Shown: positions 1 to 13,442, counted from the stretch's first letter. The stretch is DNA of 64,000 nucleotides from Eledone cirrhosa (GCA_964016885.1 OZ024761.1:17608001-17672000), one strand, 5' to 3'. Notes: a model not told the origin generated them from the sequence alone. Numbers and translations are program-made.

Positions 1-850
1 TTAATGGAGGGTAAGAGCGACGACATCCTTGGGGAGAATCTGGGTGTGGATGAAAATCAACTAGCCACTCTTTTCCAGAGGTCTTTCGGTCCAGAAATCC
101 CTGGCCTGGCAGTGTTACCGAGGAGCTTTGCCAGTTTTAGATAAACTCTAGAGGCATGGAAGTGCTGTCAATCGGGCCTGTCCGAGATGCACACAGGACA
201 ATGAAACCATCCTGCATGCACTCAACGAATGTCTGAGTATTGCTGACCTATGGGTTTATGTCGAGCACCTGCTGTTACGTGTAGGACGGATCTGATAACC
301 AACTGAGTCCATTGTGAAGATTGCCCCACCGTCTTCCTTTAGAGGAGAAGGACAGGCAGTTTTTATCTGCCTGGTGGCCATGGCGAAAGAGATGGTGTGG
401 TAAATGCATTTGAAAGGGTTGAAGGCAGCCACTTTCCTCTTTGGAGAAGCCCTGATTAACTTTTTCAGGTTTCACTTGAAGAGGAAAATCAGGGTGGAGA
501 GGGAAGTGGTACCTTCCAACCAGTTTGTTGAAAGGTGGGTGAGAGTGGTGAGTATCGTCTGTGTGAATGGGCCTGCCTTAAGCGTACACCTGTAGATTGG
601 AGTGAACAACTCATATAAGGCATTTTGCCGTAACAGACAGGGTGACCGTGGCTTTTGTGTGATTTCTCCACAAGTGACCCTTGGAGTCTCCTCACCTTCG
701 GGGAATTTATGTTTTGTTTTTTTAAATTTTTACTTTCTTAGTCTCTGTTATATATTTTATTTTACACAAAGACACCCACACTGTATTGTCCTGTACCATC
801 TTTTAATGTTTCCTTAATGTGAGCCCTGTGTGGCTAATAAAGAAATTATT
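1..850 (+). mobile_element. 3' end of an L1/Tx1-clade LINE (degenerate ORF2 C-terminus and 3' UTR)
   Basis: Translation near 175-270 gives CPRCTQDNETILHALNECLSIADLW, a zf-RVT CCHC motif typical of L1/Tx1 ORF2. The C-terminal fragment ends with a stop at 595, followed by a 3' UTR with AATAAA and an (ATT)n tail at about 837-865. Confidence 0.75.
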
Positions 851-991
851 ATTATTATCATCATTATTCGTAACACTTTTGTTCTGGAAGATGTTATACC
901 AACACTATATCAAAAGAGTAAGCCATCGCCAATGACCAAAGGTCCTTTCGGTCATTCCTTCTCCTTCGACTTTCCAACGCCCTTCTTAGAG

Positions 992-1495
992 TTTGGATTG
1001 GCAGTATTGGTAGAGGGTCGGACGCCATGCTTTGACGCATAGTTACGGCCCTTGCCATTCTGAATTCAAATCCCGCCGAGGTTAACTTTGCCTTTCATCC
1101 TTACGGGGTTGATAAAATAAAGTACCAGTAATACACTGGGTTATTGCTGGCCTTGTGCCTAATGTAGAAACAATTATTATTATTATTAACTTTGACTTTC
1201 ATCCTTATGGGGTCGATAAAATAAAGTACCAGTAATACACTGGTTAATTGCTGGCCTTGTGCCTAACGTAGAAACAATTATTATTATTATTAACTTTGAC
1301 TTTCATCCTTATGGGGTCGATAAAATAAAGTACCAGTAATACACTGGGTAATTGCTGGCCTTGTGCCTAACGTAGAAACAATTATTATTATTATTAACTT
1401 TGACTTTCATCCTTATGGGGTCGATAAAATAAAGTACCAGTAATACACTGGGTTATTGCTGGCCTTGTGCCTAACGTAGAAACAATTATTATTAG
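992..1495 (+). mobile_element. tRNA-derived SINE with tandemly amplified 3' half (4 x ~103 bp)
   Basis: A-box-like TGGCAGTATTGG and B-box-like GAATTCAAATCC, core GCCTTTCATCCTTACGGGGTCGATAAAATAAAGTACC (resembles the MetaSINE/Sauria-type central domain), (ATT)n tail. The core plus tail is repeated four times. Confidence 0.85.
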
Positions 1496-1734
1496 GGTGG
1501 GAAATTAGAGGAATAGGTAGAGTGGCAGACAAAATGCTTTGTGGTCCTTTAGGTTCTGAGTTCAAATCCAGCCAAGGTCAGTTTGTCTTTTATCCTCATG
1601 GGGGTCAATAAAATAAAGTACTGGGGTGAAGATAATTGGCTTTCCCTTTCTTCCAAATTGCTGGTCTTGTGCCAAAATTAGAAACAATTTTTATTATTAT
1701 TATTATTATTGGATTATTATTATTGGATTCCAGC

Positions 1735-2172
1735 ATAGTTACGTCCCTTTACGATCTGACTTCAAATCCCGCCGAGGTTGACTTTGCCTTTCATCTTTAC
1801 GGGGTCGATAAAATAAAGTACCAGTAATGCACTGGGTAATTGCTGGCCTTGTGCCTAAAGTAGAAACAATTATTATTATTATTATTATTATTATAGGGTG
1901 GTGGATTGGCAGTAGTGGTAGAGCGTCGGACACCATGCTTCGCGGCACGGAGTTACGGCCCTTTACATTCTGAGTTCAAATCCCGCAGAGGTTAGCTTTG
2001 ACTTTCATCCTTACAGAGTCGATAAAATAAAGCACCAGTAATGCACCTGGGTAATTGCTGGCCTTGTGCCAAAACGTAGAAACAATTATTATTATTATTA
2101 TATTAAAATAAAGTACCAGTAATACACTGGGATAATTTCTGGCCTTGTGCCAAAAGTAGAAACAATTATTAT
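1735..2172 (+). mobile_element. Further copies of the same SINE family
   Basis: Same core and GCTGGCCTTGTGCC..GTAGAAACAATT tail as 992-1495. Confidence 0.8.
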
Positions 2173-2205
2173 ATTTTTATTACTGTTTATTTGTATATTT
2201 GGCAG

Positions 2206-2422
2206 TGGCGGTGTGTCACGGGATTGGGTCGGTGTGCCACGGCTGATGTACAAGCCTGGAGCCGACACACCATCATGTGTGTGTGTGCAGCAGTCGTCAT
2301 CCCTGGGAGAAGACGGAGAGAGCGCAGCCATGACTCGAGAGTACCCCGGGTGTGAACCGACAGCCACGTCTTGCCAGGTCTCCGACACCCTCACTTTGGA
2401 TACCCTGCAGCGGGGCAGCTAA
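2206..2422 (+). CDS. CYB5D2: Neuferricin (cytochrome b5 domain-containing 2), last coding exon
   Basis: Acceptor tttggcag|T at 2205/2206 (phase 2). Encodes (S)GGVSRDWVGVPRLMYKPGADTPSCVCV...EYPGCEPTATSC...*, matching the neuferricin C-terminus as I recall it (SGGVSRDWIGVPRKLYKPG..CVCV..EY.GC). Upstream exons lie outside the window. Confidence 0.9.
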
Positions 2423-2944
2423 ATCTCCATGGGATTGATGGTGACAGTGGTGGTGGTGGTGTTGGTGGTGGTATGGGGTGTTGGGGTGGTTGGAGGTATG
2501 GAGAAAGTGGGACAATGGTGATGGTGGTGGTTGGGGGATAAGGATAGGATGGCGTGGTGGTGGTGGTGGTTGGGGGTAGGAAGAGGATGGGGTGATGGAA
2601 GTTGGGGGTAAGAAGACGATGGGGTGGTAATGGTGATGGGAGCTCTGGGGCTTGGTTATGGTTAGGGCCATGCAGAGGGGTGAAGAGAAATGGGTAAAAA
2701 ACACACTGTACCCTCATCACATACAGTCCCCTACATTCACTACTCTGAAGGTGTGCAGCTTAGTGGCTAGGGCTCATCATCTTAAGGTCATAGGTTTGAT
2801 TCCTGGACTTGGTAGCACTCCATGTCCTTCAGCAAGACACTTCATTTCATGTTGCTCCAGCCCATGCAGCTGGGGAAAAATGAGTACCAGTCATAACTAT
2901 GAGCTAGCCCCTGCAACTGATTGGTGACCAACTCGAGGATCAGG

Positions 2945-3615
2945 ACCCCTTTTCATTAAAACACCTGAGAAACTTTCTTTGAGGAACAATCTTGTAGAGA
3001 GGCCAGATAAGCCTATATAGGTGTGAGTTGCAACATGTTATGATTGGGGCCCTTATCATTACCTCTCCCTCCAAAGAAACCTATGAAATATAACCTTCTA
3101 GGAGGCCGACTAAACCTACATTGGTGTCATTTGTAACATAAGACTAGGGCCTTAATCATTGAAACTCCCCAATCAACCTCCTATAAGATACAACCTTCTA
3201 GGGCTAAATAAACCTACATAGATGTGAGTTGTAAGAACAGGTTATGACTGGGGTCCTTATCATTAAAACCTCATAGAAAGGCTAGCTAAACCTACATAGG
3301 TGTAAATTGTAACATGGTAGGACTGGGACCCTTATTATTAAACACCCCCAAGAAATCTACGAGATAAAACTTCACAGAAAGGCCAGCTAAACCTACATAG
3401 GCATGAGTTGTAACAACAGCATGTTATGACTGGGGCCCTTATCATTAAAACTCCCGATAAAACCTCCAATGAGATTAAACCTCACAGAAAGGCTAGCTAA
3501 ACCTACATAGGCGTGAGTTGTAACAACATGATAGGACTGGGACCCTTATCATTAAAACCTATGAGATACAACCTTCTAGGAGGCCAGCTAAACCTACATA
3601 CATGTAAACTTTAAC
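2945..3615. repeat. Diverged minisatellite, ~115-125 bp unit, ~6 copies
   Basis: Recurring GGCCAGCTAAACCTACATAGG...GTTGTAAC...GACTGGG.CCCTTATCATTAAAAC. Confidence 0.8.
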
Positions 3616-5160
3616 AATATTAACTATTCACAACTTAAAATTACACTAATATACACCACCACACATTATGCAGTCCTTATTTTAGCAATCTCTATTTGTC
3701 AGACTACAGGGTTATGGGACATAAAAAGACACAAGTGTAAATACTGGCATAGACAAACACATACATCTCTCTTTCTCTCTGTATGCAAAATATATATTTA
3801 TATATTTATATACAAAATATACGCAACTGATGAGCAGGTTGATCCCCTAGTCAGGTCAATCAAATCGATTAAGACCTTCAGCTGATCATCTGTGGAATAC
3901 ATATCATGTTTCATAATGAATAAAAAATATTTTAAATAGAAATCTTGTTCTCTCATACATAGTACACACACACACATATATATGATAAGCTTCTTCACAG
4001 TTTCTGCCGATAAAATTTCACTCCAAGGTTTATAATAGAAGACACCCAAAGTGCCAGGCAGTGGAACTGAAGAGCCTGGAACCATATTTCTAATGAAAGA
4101 CATTGCTGACTATGATTTCCAGGTCATTTTGAAAATAGTCAAAAGTTTTGAAGGATTACTGTATATACTCGAATATAACCCTTTAGTTACTAAAATTATA
4201 ATTAACGGTATTTAGATGAGTATAAACACTTTAAAATACACAGCTTAGTATTGTAAAGCCAAGGGCAGTTTCAGGTGGTTTAGTATAAAAAGGGCAAAAG
4301 ATTTAAATCTAAAAATATGATTTAAGGTTTTTAGGTAAATATAAACACTTTAAAATACATTTTAAAAACAGTGGCATTTTCAGGTGGTTTGGGATCAAAA
4401 GTTTTAACATAAAATTATGATGGAAGGTTTTTAGGTTAAAATATGCAGCTTAGTAATGTAAAACCAGGGGCAGTTTCAGAGGGTTTGGGGTCAAAGGGGT
4501 TAAAGGTTTTAACATAAAATTATGATTGAAGGTTTTTTTTAGATGATTATAAATATTTCAGCCTATTATCATAGAACCCCAGCAGCAGTTACAGATGGTT
4601 AAGTAATAAAATAGTTAACCACACAATCAAGACTAAAACATCTGCTACCAATGTTTTGGAGGGCGTAGAATAAAAAGGGGTATCATTTATTATGTGGGAA
4701 TAGTATTTCATTAAAAAGTTAATTTATAATAACCTTAAAATTCAATATATAATTAGAAATCCAGTCATTTTATTGGTGTTCAGATTAAAAATAACACAAA
4801 AAAAATATATAGATATATATATAAAGAATCGTAAGCCCTTTGTTCAGAAATATGTCATTTTCCTATTAAAACTGTAGTGTTCCATATATATGGATACACA
4901 CACACTTATATATATGTATATTTATATATATATATATAGAAAATCACAGGGGTGGGTGGCAGATGAGAAAGATGGATGCTTTGTTTGTCAGTTACATCTG
5001 TTTTGTTTTGTTCCGTGTGCAACAATGGTGCTTATATATATGGAAGATGAATGCTTTTGTTTAGTAGTTACATGTGTTTCATTTTGTTCCGTGTGCAACA
5101 TTGTTAGATATATAATATATATATATTATATATCTAACAATGTTGCACACGGAACAAAAT

Positions 5161-5194
<34 letters not shown>

Positions 5195-5196
5195 GG

Positions 5197-5530
5197 ATGG
5201 AGGCACATGACTTAGTGGTTAGAGCATTGGCCTTGCAATCGAAAGGTTGTGAGTTCAATTCTCAGACGGGTGATGTGTTGTTTCCATGAGCAAGGCACTT
5301 TATTTCACATTGCTCCAGTTTACTCAGCTGTAGAAATGAAATGGACTGGGGTCCCTATCATTCCACTGCAAAGTGGTCGTGAAGGTGCCACGGCAAAAAA
5401 GCACCCAGCACTCACTGTAAATGAGGTAGGTGTTAGGAAGGGCATCCAGCTGTAGAAATCAAGCCAGAATCAGTTCCCGTCCCACCCTTGCAAGCAGGGA
5501 AAAGTGGACGTAAAAGGAAATGATGAAACG
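5197..5530 (+). mobile_element. tRNA-derived SINE (second family) with RTE-like 3' tail
   Basis: Head GACTTAGTGGTTAGAGC...GAGTTCAATTC, core GAGCAAGGCACTTTATTTCAC, then GGTGTTAGGAAGGGCATCCAGC...GGACGTAAAA and a (TGA)n tail. Other copies at 51410-51743 (-) and 51855-52093 (+). Confidence 0.8.
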
Positions 5531-6920
5531 ATATATATATATATATATATATAATATACCTAACAATTCTATATATATGTGTTTGTAAGACGGATGCTTT
5601 TGTTTGTCTGTCGCATGTTTTTAATTTTGTTCTATGTGCAACATTGCTATATATATATACATGTGTGTGTATGTATATATGTGAGTATATACACATATAT
5701 ATATATATTTATATATATCATCATAATCATCATCATTGTTTAACATCCACTTTTCCGTGCTGGCATGGGTTAGACAAGTTATCCTGTTGTGAGCAATGCC
5801 ATGTCAGGTGACCATATCTTGCTTATACAGAACTGATTTTGGAGTCGGGGTCCCGACTCTTTACAATATAACTATACTCTACTACCCCAAGTATTGAGTA
5901 CTCTGTTGAGTAATGGTCTAACCAGTTTCAAACTGAAACCATACTGATTGATTTACATGTATATATATATATATATATCAATGTATATATATATACATGT
6001 GTATGTGTGTGTATGTATATACATATATGTGTATGTATATACATATATATGTGTATGTATGTAGATACATATATATAAATGTGTGTGTGCATGCATGTAT
6101 ATACACACATATATATATATATATATATACCTATGTATGAATATGAATATATATATATTTATATAAACTTCATAGAAACTGCTTTTCATACACATGCATC
6201 TGTCTGCTTAATATGCTTTTATACCTGTGTTGTATTGCGTGATACCTTTGCCATACTGTGATATATATGCTTAGTACCATTACTTGTTTCTTACCTGGTT
6301 ATTCTGTACATGCCTAATACCTCCGCACTCTTTCTATACGCTTGCATATGTACTGCTAATGTCCTCGTTTTGCGAGTAACTTTCTTCTTTAATTCCTCTA
6401 TAATTGTTGTATTATTCCTTTATAATCTTTGTCTCATCCACTGACCACATCATCTCCACTCTTTAAATATGACACTGTTAATGACAACACTAACATCTAT
6501 GTATCTTTACGATTGTTCTGTGGAATAGGAGGTTAATTATGTCTAAACTTTGCTAGTGCTCCAATGTTTCCAAACGAAAGTTTGGAAGAAACGATTGTCA
6601 GCAATAAAATGTTTTGAACATAGTTTTGATTATTCTGTAATTTATATTCCAGCTCTGATGTATTTACATTGAGCTATTTTTCTTACTGGTAATAAGGTAG
6701 TATTGAATTACTGACCTTTCCTATTTATAATTATATATCGTGTATATATAAGTATAAATAATATTATTATTATTATTTATATATATATGGTGCCCCAGCA
6801 TGGCCTCAGCCGGATGGCTGAAACAGATAAAAGAGTATATATATTCATACATAGATATATAATGTGTATATACATGCATACACACGCACTCATATATATA
6901 TATATATATACATATATATA

Positions 6921-7530
6921 TGGTGGCTGCCAACTCGTTTTCGAGTACGGCCACTACTTTATATCCATGTAGGAGAACCCCTACCGATGCGCTGAACGAG
7001 TGTGACTTTTTAGTCCAGCCAGCGACTTGAAAACTCTGGTACAAACACTACACCTGTGACAATTATTGACACATAGTGCTGGGCCCATGGTACCATGTGA
7101 CGACAGGTGCAGAGAGATCTCCAGATATAAAGCAATGCCTGTGCCGTGAAGCTTTTATAGTGAGCAAAGGCACTGCACAAAGCCAGTCCCACTCTCTTAA
7201 CCAAGATGATATTTACCAAAAAGAAGAACAAGTCAACATCATTGGATACCACCAGGGTTGCAGGTGTTATATCAGAGTTTTCCTTCTCCTAGAATTCTGC
7301 CTTGACAAAGGCTAAGGGGTCATCTCTCCCGGTGATTTTGGATGGCCATTAACTCTTAAGAGCTCCTTTGCCCTTTGACAGGTTTTGTTTTTAGTCCTGC
7401 AGGATGTCCAAAGTCACCCTCCTCACCAAGAAACCTTGGTGGGGTTGCCAGTTTAGTCGCCAACGACCCGACCATGAGTCAGGTTGTACTGGGATACATG
7501 TTACCAGTAGCACCAACTGGTGACCTGACA
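6921..7530 (+). mobile_element. Interspersed repeat (probable RTE 5'-UTR-like or non-autonomous element)
   Basis: Near-identical inverted copy at 53367-53775 and a diverged copy at about 12745-13070; sits in TA microsatellite. Confidence 0.7.
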
Positions 7531-8035
7531 TACATATATATATATATATGTATATACATACATACAAACATATATGTGTATGTATGTATATACATATATA
7601 TATATATGTATATATGTGTGTATGTATGTGTATATATATGTATATATGTGTGTATGTATGTGTATATATATATATATATATGTGTGTATGTATGTATGTA
7701 TATGTGTATATATATATATATATATGTGTATGTATGTATGTATATACGTATGTATGTATGTATATACGTATGTATGTATGTATATACGTATGTATGTATG
7801 TATATACGTATGTATGTATGTATATACATATATATATATGTATATACACATATATATATCTATGTATGAATATATAAATATATATATATATTCACACCCA
7901 CATATATATATGTAGGAGGTGAGTAATATTGTAGAACAATAATCTATGCATATATCAGATAAGTAGCACTCAACAGTTGGTAGAACTGGAGAATATATAA
8001 AGAAGAAATTAAAAGATGGTTAAAAAAGTTCCATA

Positions 8036-8102
8036 TATTTTATTATGCGCATTTCGAAAACATCATTCTGGGACAAATATTGTGTTCTCATCAGATAAAA
8101 TA
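8036..8102 (-). ncRNA. Minimal type-I hammerhead ribozyme motif in a Penelope-like terminal repeat
   Basis: Minus strand reads UAUUUUAU-CUGAUGA-G(stem II)C-GAAA-UGCGCA-UA-AUAAAAUA: 8-bp stem I, intact core, palindromic stem III, AUA cleavage triplet. Confidence 0.8.
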
Positions 8103-8155
8103 AGGTAACATGATATGAGGCCTAAAAACACTTGTGAACAAGAAAGTGTCCAGTC

Positions 8156-8186
<31 letters not shown>

Positions 8187-8206
8187 CACACCCACACATA
8201 CATATA

Positions 8207-9085
8207 CAAGGTATGTCAGAAAAGTTCCATGACTGATGTCATAAAAGATGTATTTCAAACTCAAACTTCACACTAAGAGTTTTCTCCTTCAAAGTAATCC
8301 CCCTGGAGTATGTAACTGTAATCTTAGCTCTCTCCAGCGATGAAACTTTTTTCTTCATAATTTTATATACATGTCCTCTGTTTCAGGTCGTCAAGCAATG
8401 AGCACAGAGCAACGGACAAACTTGAAAACTCCATCAGAAGCACTGGGATTGCTGCAGCAAGTGTATGGAGATGAGGCGATGTCACGCTCACGTGTTTTTG
8501 AGTGTTGCAAGATGCGAGGACATTGAAGATGACCCCAGGAGCGGAAGGCCCGCAACAACCAGGACTGAGGTCAACGTTGAGCGCTTCAGGCAGATGGTGC
8601 GTAACGATCGTCGGCTGACTGTTCGACTGATGGCAAATGAGCTGGGCATGAATTGGGACAGCGTCTGGAAGATTCTCACTGAAGATTTGGACATGCGGAA
8701 AGACTGCGCGAAGATGGTGCCAAGACTGCTGAACGATGACCAGAAGGGTCGACGCATGCAAGTGTGACAGGACATCCTCGAGCGTCTTGAAACCGAACCA
8801 GACTTGTTAGGGACAGTCATCACCAGTGATGAGTCATGGATCTTCGAGTATGACCCGGAGGGGACCCGTTTTGAAGACGTGGACGACATCAAAAAGGCCG
8901 TGACGACGGCACTAGGATCCCCGGAAGAATCCTTCCAGGAGTGCAAGCAAGCGGGGCAGAAAAGGATGGAAAAGTGCATTAGACTCCAGGGGGATTACTT
9001 TGAAGGAGAAAACTCTTAGTGTGAAGTTTGGGTTTGAAATAAATCTTTTGTGACATCAGTCCTGGAACTTTTCTGACCCACCTCG
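8207..9085 (+). mobile_element. Tc1/mariner element, internally deleted, decayed transposase
   Basis: TA flanks and ~100-bp inverted ends. ORF fragments carry DDPRSGRP, R.TVR.MA, K..AKMVPRLL, VITSDESWIFEYDPE and the C-terminal KCIRLQGDYFEG, all mariner transposase motifs. Confidence 0.9.
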
Positions 9086-9420
9086 TATATATATATTATA
9101 TAGAAAAAAATTAATTATAATATAATTGAACTGTGAAAGAAAAAGAAATCAATGAATGTCGTGATTTCCAAATGTTTTTGTTGTTGTTTTGTGTTGTTTT
9201 AACATCATAACCTCCCAGCAGCAACAGCAGTATTGATGATGAGGGGTAGAATGGAACTGTATATATTACCTTGTCTGTATGTCTGGTTGTCTGTCTGCCG
9301 GGAGGTTATGTTTGTCTATTTATTTAGTTATTCATTTATTTTAACAACATATAATACTGCCCCAGCATGGCCACAACACAAGGTGTGCAACAAGGGTTAA
9401 AAAACAAGTCAAAGGTGAGT

Positions 9421-9458
<38 letters not shown>

Positions 9459-9469
9459 TATATATATAT

Positions 9470-10175
9470 ATTGTTATACTTTGGGAGGGTCATGTTGCCA
9501 ATAAGAAACACATGCACCAGTTGCTTTCACTTCAATTTATTATAATAAATTTATAAATTTCCGGTTGGATGGTTGGTTGGTTCCACAACCAGATGGTTGT
9601 TTATATATTGTCAAAGTTCTTTCGTCACACATTCTGTGACCTCTTCAGTGACTGGGGATTCTTTTCTTTGTTTTGTCCTATGCCATCTTGTTTTTGTGTG
9701 TGTTGTGTGCTTAGTTTGCGCATGTGTTACATCCGGGTGTCTGTGTGTGTTTATATTCGTTTATTTACATGTTACTGGTTGGTTGTTTGTTCTATGTGCG
9801 TGTGTTTTCATTTTGTCCTTAATTGTAAGTTGTGATGTTGCTGTTCCACTCATGTTATTAATGGTATCTAACCAGAGCTCTGTGTCTAGTACAGGTAATC
9901 GATGGTTGGGGTGTTTGCTTGGGTAGTCTATAGTAACTCTAATACTCTGGTGGATGGAGTTAGCTATTTGCTGGATGCTTTCCATTGTGTTTTTCTCTAA
10001 TTCCTGACTGTTCTCTAGTGGGGGTGTTTAACTACGATGTTTATATCATCAACGTAGCGGGAGTACATTATCAGGGTTAAGGGGTCTTCTAATTGTTCTT
10101 TAAGTTTAAGTCTACCATACCATGAATAGGTTAGCTATGTCGCCTGCAATGCTTACACCAACGTTTGGGTACCCT
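9470..10175 (-). mobile_element. Penelope-like element fragment (RT remnant plus terminal repeat)
   Basis: Minus strand encodes GVSIAGDIANLFM...YSRYVDDINIV...IANSIHQSIRVTIDYPSKHPNHRLPVLDTELW (PLE-type RT motifs and thumb). It adjoins a terminal repeat also present as an inverted pair at 42840-43262. Confidence 0.8.
9610..9652 (-). ncRNA. Minimal hammerhead ribozyme motif (second family)
   Basis: GUCA-CUGAAGA-GGUCACA gaaug UGUGAC-GAAA-GAAC-UU-UGAC: stems I and II pair and the core is intact, but stem III is very short. Confidence 0.6.
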
Positions 10176-10325
10176 TGAAATATATATAATAGAATAAATA
10201 TGGTTTTATAAATATAGTTTCCATTTATTAATATCATTGATATTATACTCCAGAAAACATGTCAAGTGCTTCAAATCTGTTATAAATATATTTGTTGAAT
10301 TACCAACAAATTAAATATCTCTTTG

Positions 10326-10371
<46 letters not shown>

Positions 10372-10374
<3 letters not shown>

Positions 10375-10780
10375 AGGTGGTGTAACTTGGGGTTACTGCA
10401 GGTTCACCCGGGTGAGCACTTGATGTTTAGGTTCACTTCTGTGTTGAGGTGTAGAGCTATACAGAGTGTAATATATTGAAAGGATAACAAGGACGATTGG
10501 TTACCCCTTCATTACATTTATTGGTAGGTGACACGCGTTTCGCCACTGATCAGCTCAAGGTTCGATCTGTATCGATCTTACCCGACTCAATAGTCGGCAG
10601 CTCGACGGACCCTTTAAAATTTTCTTATAGCATTTTAAAGGGTCCGTCGAGCTGCCGATCATTGAGTCGGGTAAGATCAATACAGATGGAACCTTGAGCT
10701 GATCAGTAGCGAAACGCGCGTCACCTACCAATAAATACAATGAAGGAGTAACCAATCATCCTTGTTATCCTTTCAATATA
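10372..10780. mobile_element. Hairpin-forming (probably Penelope-like) element in (TA)n
   Basis: About 150-bp inverted arms (10472-10620 and 10632-10780). A second copy lies at 60152-60610. Both are flanked by TA tracts. Confidence 0.75.
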
Positions 10781-12108
10781 TATATATATATATATATATA
10801 CATACAGGGTGTGTATATCTAGTGGTTAGGATGTTGGACTTAGGATCATAATGTCGTGGGTTCGATTTCTGGACTGGGTTGTGTATTGAATTTTTCAACA
10901 AAACACTTCATTTCACGTTGTTCCAATATACTCAGCTGAAAAGAACTACCTGAGAGTTTAACCTTGTAATGGACTGACAACCTGTCCAGGGATGAGTTTT
11001 GTACTCCCAGTCACTTAATAGCAAGGAAACTGGGAGTTGCACCGGGCTGAGAAGTGTGTGGGCTTGAGACAGACTTAAGACTTTTAGCCATCTAGTCTAG
11101 AATAGCTAGATCGTATCCCTGTGTGTTGGAAAGTGAATTGTCGTTTTTATTTAACAGCTATTTTTGCGTTGAGATTTCTAATTATTTCTATGGAATTTCA
11201 AATACACTCTTGCTTCGTTTTGATTTTCGAGACAACATTGTTTTATTTTTTTGTTTTTAAATTTCAAATTAAAAAAAAAATTCCATTTTATTCAATTGGT
11301 AGATTGAGGCATCGATAATGATAATTAACATTTAAATAAAATGACCCCCCCCCCCCTTGTTATTGAAAAGTATATATCTATATACAGGAATAATTTTGAT
11401 CAATGCACCATAATATCAATGATATTGTCTGGCAATGACAAAACTGTTCAAACCGGCCAAAACCAGCCAGAATTCTCTACCTCTTTCTGTTGAAACTGGC
11501 TGTAACTGGTTGCTCCAACTGATGTTAAGGTATTGTTCTCAAAATAAATACTTTCAAAATCTCATAGATTCGATATTATGTGAGGTAAAGCCTTTACCAT
11601 GATAATATAATAGTATATATAGAGTAATGTGAATGCTAAAGGGTTAATATCACCTAGACAAACATATCCAAGACCATGTGTAGACATATAGATATAAAAG
11701 GCACGAGAAGAGCATATATATATACACACACACATATTTATATATATATATAATTCAAATTAAAATATATATGTATATATAAAGAGAGAGGGGGGGAGAA
11801 GAACCATATATCTCATGAGAATACACAGCATATTGTATATATACAAAGCACATATTTCAAAGAAAAATATGTACTATAAAGCACAAATTTCAAGCATAAT
11901 TGATGTTTTAATAGCTTCAATTTGTATACATGTATATACATGTATATATATATATATATATTCATTTATTAAGACTAATTAGTGAGTCTTGTTTTACCTG
12001 CTTATTATAGAGGGTTATCAGACACACACACACACATATATACAAATACATATATACCTGCATGTATGTATATGTAGATGAATATTTACATATTACACAC
12101 ACACACAC

Positions 12109-12148
<40 letters not shown>

Positions 12149-12169
12149 TATGCATACGTACATACATAT

Positions 12170-12505
12170 AAGTATGCAGACGTACAGTAGTATGTATATA
12201 TACACATACATATATGTATACAGACGTACAGTAGTATGTATATATATACATACATGCACACATACATATATGTATACAGACGTACAGTAGTATGTATATA
12301 TATATACATACATGCACACATACATATATGTATACAGACGTACAGTAGTATGTATATATATATATACATACATGCACACATACATATATGTATACAGACG
12401 TACAGTAGTATGTATATATATATACATACATGCACACATACATATATGTATACAGACATACAATAGTATGTATATATATACATACATGCACACATACATA
12501 TATGC
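12170..12505. repeat. Microsatellite-derived minisatellite (~56-60 bp unit, ~6 copies)
   Basis: Recurring CAGACGTACAGTAGTATG(TA)nCATACATGCACAC. Confidence 0.85.
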
Positions 12506-13442
12506 ACGTATCGGTTTACCGAACATTATATATATTTCATGTAGAAGTGATATATCTACAGGACTAGAACTGTTTCAGTCATTTGAAATCACCAAGAATG
12601 TCCATTCTTGTCTGATGACCCTGTGATAAACAGGCAGAACTCCAGAGTAACAAAACTCACTATTCAGCCTTAATAAATGAATTTTAAAACTCTACTTTGG
12701 TATTGAATACTCCTTTTCTATCAGCCATCAACCACATACAGATATGATGGCTGGAACTTGATTTCAAGTAATGTCATCGCTTGATACTTAAGCATGAGCA
12801 TCATGGATGTGGCTTTTTAGTCCTGCTAGGGACTTGCTTATGGTCAACAATACCATGCTTTGCAAAAATATGTAACATATCTAGCGATGCCTGTACTTAA
12901 AGCTTTTTTAAGTGAGGAAAGGCTTTGCACAGGGCCAATCCCACTCTCTGAATGCATTTGCCCAAAAAGAAGAACTGGTATACATCATTGGATGCATACG
13001 AAGTTGCAGTTTTTATATCAGAGTGACATTCTCCTAGAGAGGTGTCTTAATGAAGACTAGCAGTCTCTCGCTCCACAATATATATATTTATATATAGGCT
13101 GTGTGTAACCACTTTAGAATCGATATGATGTCTGCATATCAGAAAAGTGAAGGCTTATTTTTTGTTTTTATTTGCAATTGTAAATTTAAAAAAGTTTTCA
13201 TTTTATTCCATTAGTTGATTAAAGCATCGAATGATAATTAAAATTTGATTGAAATGACTCGCTTCACCCCTCCCTGTCCCCACCTCCATTGCTTTGTTTT
13301 ATTCTATTCTCCCTCTCTCGTCGTCCCTCCTCAGTCTCATTGTGTTGAGGTTCCTTCTCAGAGAGAAGGAGAGAGATAAAGAGTGTGAAGGAGGGGGAGG
13401 GATAGAGAGGAGAGTGAGAAAAAAAAAGAGATGGTTATATGG

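Noticed and set aside
7010-7315. ORFs conserved between 7010-7315 and 53399-53686
   Set aside because: Identity reflects recent copies of a non-coding repeat; no recognisable domain.
10697-10726. Hammerhead-like CUGAUCA..CGAAACGCGCGUC in the 10372/60152 hairpin family
   Set aside because: G8 is replaced, stem II is essentially absent and stem I does not pair; at best a vestige.
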